The notes beneath the pieces are model-generated. The model made no database searches and was not told where the DNA came from. It saw only the letters and a list, made by a program, of their open reading frames with translations. This document shows positions 38,537 to 45,843 of a DNA stretch of 64,000 bases, piece after piece. Numbering within the stretch: position 1 is the stretch's first letter; each line of letters starts with the position of its first letter. The position numbers were made by a program, and so were the translations under genes. The stretch is from positions 2,217 to 66,216 of the forward strand of contig CAYRVF010000001.1 in NCBI GenBank assembly GCA_964427535.1, given 5' to 3'. Source of the DNA: an uncultured Ktedonobacterales bacterium (GTDB taxonomy: Bacteria; Chloroflexota; Ktedonobacteria; Ktedonobacterales; JADMIN01).

Positions 38537-39262
38537 ATGCGGAAGACAGTAGCGATTGATTGCTTTCCTCAGAGCGTGGAAACCTATCGGGATGGCTACG
38601 CGCTTGTCGCGGTCGACGTGATCAGGGCCACGACCACGGCAGTGACCTGTGTCGCCCTTGGTCGAAGGTGCTATCCGGTCCCGTCGATCGAGGCCGCGGC
38701 TCCACTCGCCGCGAGGCTCACTGAACCGCTCCTTGTGGGAGAGGTTGGTGGGAACATGCCTACTGGCTTCGACATGAACAACAGTCCGGCAGACTTGGAG
38801 ACTCGGACCGACATTCACCGCCCGATGATTCATGTGTCTTCCTCAGGCACAAAGCTCATGTGCGGAGCTGCCGAGTCGCAGCCGATGTACATCGCCTGCC
38901 TGCGGAATTACAGTGCGTTAGTCACCCATCTGGCGGCTCACCATTCAATGGTCGCCGTTATCGGTGCAGGCTCCAAGGGCGAGTTCCGCGAGGAGGATCA
39001 ACTTTGCTGCGCCTGGATTGCAGAAGGTCTCCTCGAGGAGGGTTTCGTACCCCAGGACGTCAGGACAGCCGCAATTATTGAGCGATGGAGCGGTATCCCC
39101 GTCGACGCGATCGTCGAAGGTGCAAGCGCTGAATATCTCCGGCGTACCGACCAAACACGGGACCTCGACTTTATCCTAGCGCACGTCAATGACCTCAACG
39201 ATGTGTACCAAGTCGAGGATGGTCAGGTGGTGAGGCAGCTGGCAGAGACATTGGTCGGCTAA
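38537..39262 (+). CDS. comB: 2-phosphosulfolactate phosphatase family protein (ComB/YitC-like)
   Basis: AVDVIRATTTAVT (family signature D-V/I-x-R-A-T/S-T) and HVSSSGTK. 241 aa. Lies 14 nt after the comA-like stop, with a GGGAG RBS. Confidence 0.75.
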   Translation: MRKTVAIDCFPQSVETYRDGYALVAVDVIRATTTAVTCVALGRRCYPVPSIEAAAPLAARLTEPLLVGEVGGNMPTGFDMNNSPADLETRTDIHRPMIHVSSSGTKLMCGAAESQPMYIACLRNYSALVTHLAAHHSMVAVIGAGSKGEFREEDQLCCAWIAEGLLEEGFVPQDVRTAAIIERWSGIPVDAIVEGASAEYLRRTDQTRDLDFILAHVNDLNDVYQVEDGQVVRQLAETLVG

Positions 39263-39423
39263 GAGAGCTCTGGGGTCGCTGCATACTCTCCAGGCACCGT
39301 CCCAGCACAACTCGGCATTACCCAGCCGCACGGTCCACTTGCCAAGGGGCAGTCGTCGGCCTCAGTCCATCCCGCCGTTCCTGTGTGCACTACCACCCAG
39401 CGATCACTCTACGGAGGTGATGC

Positions 39424-40341
39424 ATGGCCCTAGGATCCGGCCCCTATCCGTGCAGTCCAGAGCTTCCAACACGCATACATGACCATAGCGCGGTGCGGGT
39501 CTCGGGATATGCAGAGGCTCCCATCGGGGTCTTTGACTCTGGTGTAGGAGGATTGACCATCCTTGCGGCGCTACGCGATGAGTTGCCAGGCGAAAGCTAT
39601 GTGTACTTCGGTGACTCGGCGCACTTCCCCTATGGCATGCGGAGTGACAGCGAAATTATCGAGTTGTCGACCCACGCAGGCCAGTTTCTGCTTGAACAAG
39701 GTGTGAAGCTGCTCGTTGTCGCCTGCAACACTGCCTCACTTGCGGCACTCGACACGTTACGCACCACCTTCCATGTTCCGTTGGTGGGTGTCGTCCCGGC
39801 AGTCGAAGCTGCCGTACGGGCTACGAAGAACGGACGCATTGGCATTGCCGTAACTAATCATGCTGCTCAAGCCCCACACCTACGCCGCCTCATTGATGAG
39901 TTTGCACAGGGCATCCAAGTCCACGTCGCTGGTTGTTCTGAGTTAGTGGCACTCGTCGAGGACGGCAAGTTCGCGGGGCCCGCGGTAGAGCAAGCGGTAA
40001 AGCAGGCACTGACCCCCATGTTGATGGACGGTGTGGACGTCATTGTGCTGGGCTGCACCCATTTTCCCGCCTTGCGTCCTGTGGTCGAGCGTATTGCCGG
40101 GTGTCGTGTGAAAGTCGTTGATAGCACCACAGCTGTCGCGCGCCGCACCCACCGGGTGCTGGCTGCAGAGGCGTTGATCCAGCCTGCCACCTTCCATCAC
40201 GAAGTCTCTGGCACGCTTGAGGTGTGGTGTAGTGGTGAGGCGGCCGCGTTCAGCACAGTTGCAAGCAAACTGCTGGGCAGCCGCATCGTCGCCCGTCAGA
40301 CCACACTTCAAGGCAGACAATCAGGAACACTTTGGGTGTGA
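39424..40341 (+). CDS. murI: Glutamate racemase
   Basis: IGVFDSGVGGLTIL, YFGDSAHFPYG, the catalytic VVACNTAS and GCTHFP. GGAGG lies 6 nt upstream of the ATG. ~30-aa N-terminal extension. Confidence 0.9.
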   Translation: MALGSGPYPCSPELPTRIHDHSAVRVSGYAEAPIGVFDSGVGGLTILAALRDELPGESYVYFGDSAHFPYGMRSDSEIIELSTHAGQFLLEQGVKLLVVACNTASLAALDTLRTTFHVPLVGVVPAVEAAVRATKNGRIGIAVTNHAAQAPHLRRLIDEFAQGIQVHVAGCSELVALVEDGKFAGPAVEQAVKQALTPMLMDGVDVIVLGCTHFPALRPVVERIAGCRVKVVDSTTAVARRTHRVLAAEALIQPATFHHEVSGTLEVWCSGEAAAFSTVASKLLGSRIVARQTTLQGRQSGTLWV

Positions 40342-40360
40342 CGTGGGCAGGTAACACGAA

Positions 40361-41764
40361 ATGGTGACACCGTCGGGGGTTGCCATGTCGTCCTTCACGG
40401 ACGGGGGCCCCTGCAATGCCCGCGGCATACTGCGAATCAGGAGGTCGGACGCAGTGAGTAGCTGGCCAGATACGACTCGAGAAACCATTTTGAATGTACC
40501 AATCGAGCGCGACACACTCACCGCCTCGGGCCTCCAATCAGCAACTCGACAGGTCACATATGACGCACTGGTGCTCGATGCGAGACTGCGCCAAGCGTTG
40601 GCGGCTGTACGTTCGCTCGGCAGGCGCGGTCTGAAAGTAGCGGCAGTGGGATCCTCTGATCGGCAACCGGCCTTGGCCTCGCGGTGGTGTCAGCAGGCCT
40701 TCGTCTGCCCAACTGAAGAGGGTACTGATGCGTATTTGCCGTACCTTGAGCAACTGCTCGAGCATACCCCCGCACGGGTGTTGGTCGCCTCGTCTGAAGG
40801 AACCATACCCTTGCTACGTCGTCATCGTGAGCGACTCGAGCAACGGGTACGTATTGCTCTCGCAGCAGAACCGGCCCTCGCCATCGCTAGCAACAAAGCG
40901 CGTACGTTGGAGATTGCCAGGCAGTTGGGCCTGTGCACCCCTCGCTCTGTCCATGTCGGGGCAGCGAGTGACGTCCGCGCGGCCGTGCGTGATATCGGGC
41001 TCCCAGCGGTGGTCAAGCCGATGCTCTCATGGGCGCAAGGCCAAGGCCAGGGTACGTACGTGATAAGTACGTTGGTAACGACACCCGACGACGCGCTGCG
41101 GGCTGTGGAAAAGTTGGCGAGCGTCGGCATGACAGCGCTCTTTCAAGAATTCCTGTCCGGCAGACGCGAGTCCCTCACCTTCATGTATGCAAACCACCAG
41201 ATGTACGCGCGTTTTGCTCAATGGGGTAAGCGTGTATACCCTCCATTGGGGGGCCAATCTGTGCTGGGCCAAAGCATTGCGGTACCGCCAGATATTGGCG
41301 ATCAAGCCGAGCGTCTCGTGCGTGAAATAGAGTTGGAAGGTTGTTCGCACGTCGAATTCCGACGTGACAGTGCTGGACATCCCTACCTCATGGAAATCAA
41401 TCCGCGTCTCGCCGCATCCACCGAGCTTGCTGTGCGTTCAGGGGTCGACTTTCCCTATCTGCTGTACCAGTGGGCAAGCGGACAAAAGATAGATGTGGTG
41501 GAGGGGTATCGCGTCGGCGTCTGGTTGCGCTACTTGTCGGGTGACCTCATGACCACGGTAGCAGCAGTGCAGCAACGTGGCAGACCGGGAGTAGCACCGC
41601 CGGCCAAGGCAATCGTCGACTTCTGCCTCGCGTTCTTCGTGCCTATGGGGTACTACTACGTCGATTGGCGGGATCCCGGTCCAGCGTGGACAGCGACGAC
41701 TGGCTTTGTCGGTCATGCGGTGCGAAAGGCAAGAACGCTGCGATTGTCACGCGCGCCGCGTTGA
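40361..41764 (+). CDS. ATP-grasp-fold carboxylate-amine ligase (substrate unknown)
   Basis: ALVLDARLRQALAAVRSLGRRGLKV (pre-ATP-grasp), LPAVVKP, LFQEFL, HVEFRRDSAGHPYLMEINPRL. The true start may be downstream of 40361. Confidence 0.8.
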   Translation: MVTPSGVAMSSFTDGGPCNARGILRIRRSDAVSSWPDTTRETILNVPIERDTLTASGLQSATRQVTYDALVLDARLRQALAAVRSLGRRGLKVAAVGSSDRQPALASRWCQQAFVCPTEEGTDAYLPYLEQLLEHTPARVLVASSEGTIPLLRRHRERLEQRVRIALAAEPALAIASNKARTLEIARQLGLCTPRSVHVGAASDVRAAVRDIGLPAVVKPMLSWAQGQGQGTYVISTLVTTPDDALRAVEKLASVGMTALFQEFLSGRRESLTFMYANHQMYARFAQWGKRVYPPLGGQSVLGQSIAVPPDIGDQAERLVREIELEGCSHVEFRRDSAGHPYLMEINPRLAASTELAVRSGVDFPYLLYQWASGQKIDVVEGYRVGVWLRYLSGDLMTTVAAVQQRGRPGVAPPAKAIVDFCLAFFVPMGYYYVDWRDPGPAWTATTGFVGHAVRKARTLRLSRAPR

Positions 41765-41833
41765 TGAGTCACGGCACTTCGGCTTTACCATACGTGCTCA
41801 CGCTGGTACCGAACCGGAGCTAACCGCCTGCGC

Positions 41834-42718
41834 ATGTACGACCAGGGGGTCTCGACAATGGACCAAGCAGCTATCCCGTATCACCAGCAGCAAGCCCAGG
41901 TGAACGCCTATTTCTGGTCCCACGCGGCTTTCTGGAAAGACATCTACGGTGATGCTAGCGTGCAGGCCGAAGTGTACCGGGATCGCTTGGCGACCACACT
42001 CGCGTGGATCGACAGTTTAGCGCTGAAACCGGGCTCGCGTGTCCTCGACACTGGCTGTGGCGCAGGCTTCTTAGCAGTCGCCCTCGCCCAGCGCGGCTTT
42101 CGTGTCCAGGCGATCGACGCCGCCGAGGCTATGGTCGAGCTTTCGCGCCGACATGCGGTGGAATCTGGGACTGCCGAGCGGCTGTCAGTGCAACTCGGCG
42201 ATGTCCAAGCTCTGCCGTTCGAGGACGGGGCCTTCGACCTGGTGGTCGCCCTGGGCGTCCTTCCGTGGCTCCCACGGCCAGAGCTGGCAATGCGAGAGAT
42301 GGCGCGTGTGACGCGGCCGAACGGTTACGTCCTGCTCACGGCTGACAATCCAGCTAGGCTGATCACCGTTCTCGACCCGTGGAATTGTCCGGCGCTTGCG
42401 CCACTGCGAGGACGCGTCAAAGTCGTGCTCGGGCGCGCTGGGCGGCTTCACCCATCGCATGAGAGTACCCTGCGTGTCCCAGTCACGTATCACAGCCCAC
42501 GCCAAATCGATACAGCGCTCGCGAGCGCTCAGCTTGCCAAGACCAGAGGCATGACACTCGGGTTTGGGCCCTTCAAGATCCGGCACCGACGGCTGCTCCC
42601 GCATTCTCTAGGTATCGCGGTCCATCGGTGGCTGCAGCGCCTGGCGGATCGGGGCGTGCCGGTCTTGCGCGCCACCGGAGCACAGTACCTGGTACTCGCG
42701 AGGAAATCCGCGCTCTAG
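41834..42718 (+). CDS. Class I SAM-dependent methyltransferase (paralog B)
   Basis: VLDTGCGAGFLAVALAQRGFRVQAIDAA and C-terminal RATGAQYLVLARKS. The corresponding strings in paralog A are VLEIGCGAGLMAIALAERGLRVQAIDVS and RSTGIAYLVLARLS. Confidence 0.85.
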   Translation: MYDQGVSTMDQAAIPYHQQQAQVNAYFWSHAAFWKDIYGDASVQAEVYRDRLATTLAWIDSLALKPGSRVLDTGCGAGFLAVALAQRGFRVQAIDAAEAMVELSRRHAVESGTAERLSVQLGDVQALPFEDGAFDLVVALGVLPWLPRPELAMREMARVTRPNGYVLLTADNPARLITVLDPWNCPALAPLRGRVKVVLGRAGRLHPSHESTLRVPVTYHSPRQIDTALASAQLAKTRGMTLGFGPFKIRHRRLLPHSLGIAVHRWLQRLADRGVPVLRATGAQYLVLARKSAL

Positions 42719-43055
42719 TCTACTGTCCAGACGGACCAGCGGAGTGTGCAGTGGAGTCGGTGAGCGAAGCACCACACTCATGCAGCAGCGCACACTCTCA
42801 TGCCAAGAAGGCTGACCCGTGCACCGATTCGCGCCGCTCGTGAACACAAGCTCTAGGCTACGTGTATAACCGCCTTGGTCGAAGTAACCTGATCCGACGC
42901 TTGCAGAGCCGCTTGCCCGACGATGGCAAGCATCAACAGCTCTCTCGTGAGGCTGACATGAACGAAAACCTGCGCCGGCGACCGATACGTGGCGAAAGCG
43001 CCGGACGACCGGCCGGCCAGGAACCAGGCGTCACGCAGAGAGAGGCGAGACGTGC

Positions 43056-44327
43056 ATGCACCTGAGAGCCCAACTCCGCGCCCTGTTTCGTCCAGGCAAG
43101 GCGCGTATTGCCAGCGTAGTCGTCGTTGTCGTGCTCATCCCGCTGGCGGCACTTGGAGTCCACGCGCTGCAGGTGTGCATGAGCTACGGCCCCTGCATGC
43201 CGACACAGGTAGGCACCTCGACCGGATCCGGCACCAGCTCCGCGCCCCCCGCACCGCCCACGGCGGGAAGCGCTCACACGCAGCATTATGAGTATGTCTT
43301 TCCCGATGGTGAGATGTATGTGTACGACATGGATCACGGTCACCGGCTCGTCCAGCACATCAGCTTGCCAACAACTGCTGGCGTGAGGGGCATCGTTGCA
43401 AGCCCGGTTACGCACATGCTCTACGTCAGTTACGGGGGAGATGGCGGTAACAATGGGAATGGCTCACTGCTCAAGTTCGACCTGATCGCCAATCGGATCC
43501 TCTGGACGAAACAGTATGCGCATGGCATTGACAGCATGGCCATCACGCCGGACGGCAAGTCCATCTATCTGCCCGATGGCGAGCTCACAAACAACGGCAA
43601 CTGGTACGTCATCGATGCCGCTAGCGGCGCGGAAACCGGCACCGTTCGGGGAGGGCTGGGGCCGCACAATACCATCGTCAGCCTCAACGGCACGCATGTG
43701 TACCTCGGCGGCAGGAATTACAACTATCTCGAGGTGGCGGACACGACCACCAACCACGTCATTCGGAAGATTGGGCCGCTTTGTGGTGGTGTCAGACCGT
43801 TTACCATCAATGGCAAACAAACCCTCGCCTATACAACTGCTACCGGCTTCCTCGGTTTCCAGGTCAGTGACATCACGACGGGCCGGGTACTCTATACCGT
43901 GCCAGTCAAGGGATTCTCGTGGGATACGGGAGGACCCTCTGCTCCAAGCCACGGCATCTCGCTGTCTCCCAACGAGAAGGAACTCTATGTCATGGATTCG
44001 CCGAACAGTCGCGTCCACGTCTTCGACGTGAGCGGCGTTCCAGCCGTGGCACCTCGGCAGGTTGCCGATATCAAGGTCACGTCGATGGCAGGAAGCGAAT
44101 CACCGTGCGCGTACGATTGCGCGAAAGACGGCTGGCTTCAACACAGCGGGGACGGGCGCTTCGTCTATGTCGGAGACTCTGGCGACGTGATCGACACGGC
44201 AACGCGTACCGTGACAACCACCCTACCGCCACTATCCAACACCCGGAAGCTGCTCGAAATTGACTGGCAGAACGGGACGCCGGTCTTCACCACCTCGCGC
44301 AGCGGGCTGGGCTACGTCGTCCGCTGA
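43056..44327 (+). CDS. Membrane-anchored exported beta-propeller protein (YVTN/lactonase-like repeats)
   Basis: N-terminal TM helix IASVVVVVVLIPLAALGV, a Ser/Pro/Thr linker, then repeated ..YV(S/M/G)..G.. beta-strand blocks (LYVSYGGDG, IYLPDGE, VYLGGRN, LYVMDSPN, VYVGDSGD). Confidence 0.6.
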   Translation: MHLRAQLRALFRPGKARIASVVVVVVLIPLAALGVHALQVCMSYGPCMPTQVGTSTGSGTSSAPPAPPTAGSAHTQHYEYVFPDGEMYVYDMDHGHRLVQHISLPTTAGVRGIVASPVTHMLYVSYGGDGGNNGNGSLLKFDLIANRILWTKQYAHGIDSMAITPDGKSIYLPDGELTNNGNWYVIDAASGAETGTVRGGLGPHNTIVSLNGTHVYLGGRNYNYLEVADTTTNHVIRKIGPLCGGVRPFTINGKQTLAYTTATGFLGFQVSDITTGRVLYTVPVKGFSWDTGGPSAPSHGISLSPNEKELYVMDSPNSRVHVFDVSGVPAVAPRQVADIKVTSMAGSESPCAYDCAKDGWLQHSGDGRFVYVGDSGDVIDTATRTVTTTLPPLSNTRKLLEIDWQNGTPVFTTSRSGLGYVVR

Positions 44328-44591
44328 CACCAAGCGCCACACCGCCCCCCGCGCCTAGCATGCTCAAGGATGCCAGGTGCGCTGGTGCTGGTGTGATAGG
44401 AGTTGTGTCATTGCCGCGGGCCAGCGATGCTCAGTCGTCCATGCGGGACATCAGCCTAGTATCACGCCCAGGCTTTTATCTATAGTCCGTGCGCGGGCAG
44501 GAAGCTACACTGCATTGGTACGACCGTTGGGCAGGTGCTGCGCAGCACCTGTTCCGTATCGCAGGACAGGACACGCAGGGCGAGGGGGCTC

Positions 44592-45743
44592 ATGTACAGG
44601 AAACTCCGCAGCATACAGCCAGTACGCACACTCGTCGGGGCCTGCCTTTACTACAGCGGACTGGTGCCACTTCTACGCTGGCGGAGGCGTCGCCAGGGGC
44701 AGCGTCTGATCATCCTCACGTACCACCGGGCGGCCGGGGATGGTTTGCGTGGTCAGTTGCTCTACCTCCAGCGGCACTATCGCCTCCTCCCCCTCGAGGT
44801 GGCGCTTGAGGAGCTCTCCGCGCCTCGTAGTGGTGACGCACAGCAGCAGCCCGATCAGCGTACCACGGCGGTGTTGACCTTCGACGACGGGTACCGCGAC
44901 AACTACACGCACCTCTTCCCGCTCGTGTGTGAGCTCGGCATCCCAGTCACCATCTTCCTGATTCCAGGCTACATCGACAGCGGCGACCATTTCTGGTGGC
45001 TCGAAGGCGAACGCCTCGTCCGCCGTGGGCAGGCCAGCGCAGCCAGCTTCGCGGGCCGCACCTACCACCTGGATAACTCAGAGGAGCGTGAGGCGCTGAC
45101 GCGGGCGATTGACGCCGGCCTACGGTACGCGACGTCGATCGCTGACCGGGAGGCATTTCTCGCCTCGATACGTGAGGCGCTAGCCGTACCGCCATCGGTA
45201 GCTGGCGAAGAGTTGCCAGCCCTACCGCTTACCTGGGCGCAGGTGCGAGAGATGGAGGCGAGCGGGTGGGTCTCGTATGGCGCCCATACGATGCACCATC
45301 CCGTCCTGGCCTGTCTGCGCGATCCGGCCGAGGTCGAGCGCGAGATAGGCGAGTGCCGCATGGTGCTCGAGCAGCAACTGGGTCACCCTGTGCGCACGCT
45401 AGCCTACCCAATAGGGCACCACGAGCACCTCGGTGAGTATGCGCTCGAGGCCGTGCGCGCAGCGGGCTACCGTTGGGCAGCAATCAACTCGACCGGAGTG
45501 AACACTCCACAGAGCGATCCATTGCTTCTGCGGCGTATCGGAGCGGAGGCCAGTGACCACTGGTTGGTCCTGGCAGCGCGCGTAGCCGGGGTGCGGGTGC
45601 CGGGCCTGCTGTTTGCACCGAAGAGCAAGACCAGGATTGAGCCGGTCCACAACACTCCATCTCAGCAGACACACACCGCAATGGGAGTCTATACGAGTCC
45701 CGTGGATGAGCCAGTGAGCGGACTGTCACGCCAACTGCAGTAA
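44592..45743 (+). CDS. Polysaccharide deacetylase (CE4 / NodB homology domain)
   Basis: VLTFDDGYRDNYTHLFP (TFDDG motif), GAHTMHHPVL, and an N-terminal TM helix. The start is set at ATG 44592, after GAGGGGG. Confidence 0.85.
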   Translation: MYRKLRSIQPVRTLVGACLYYSGLVPLLRWRRRRQGQRLIILTYHRAAGDGLRGQLLYLQRHYRLLPLEVALEELSAPRSGDAQQQPDQRTTAVLTFDDGYRDNYTHLFPLVCELGIPVTIFLIPGYIDSGDHFWWLEGERLVRRGQASAASFAGRTYHLDNSEEREALTRAIDAGLRYATSIADREAFLASIREALAVPPSVAGEELPALPLTWAQVREMEASGWVSYGAHTMHHPVLACLRDPAEVEREIGECRMVLEQQLGHPVRTLAYPIGHHEHLGEYALEAVRAAGYRWAAINSTGVNTPQSDPLLLRRIGAEASDHWLVLAARVAGVRVPGLLFAPKSKTRIEPVHNTPSQQTHTAMGVYTSPVDEPVSGLSRQLQ

Positions 45744-45843
45744 GCCGGTAGCGCGAATGTCGCTGTCGCGGTGAGGCAGTGACCACGTGCGACCCAAGCG
45801 GCTGCATTGGCAGTGTGCGTTAGCCCCCAGAACGGCAGGAGAG

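Noticed and set aside
32113-44327. Search for PEP-CTERM-type or LPXTG-type C-terminal sorting signals on the three exported proteins
   Set aside because: The C-termini (..AALIVKQSHP, ..YFRVRLNANG, ..SGLGYVVR) have no PEP or LPXTG motif followed by a TM helix and basic tail.
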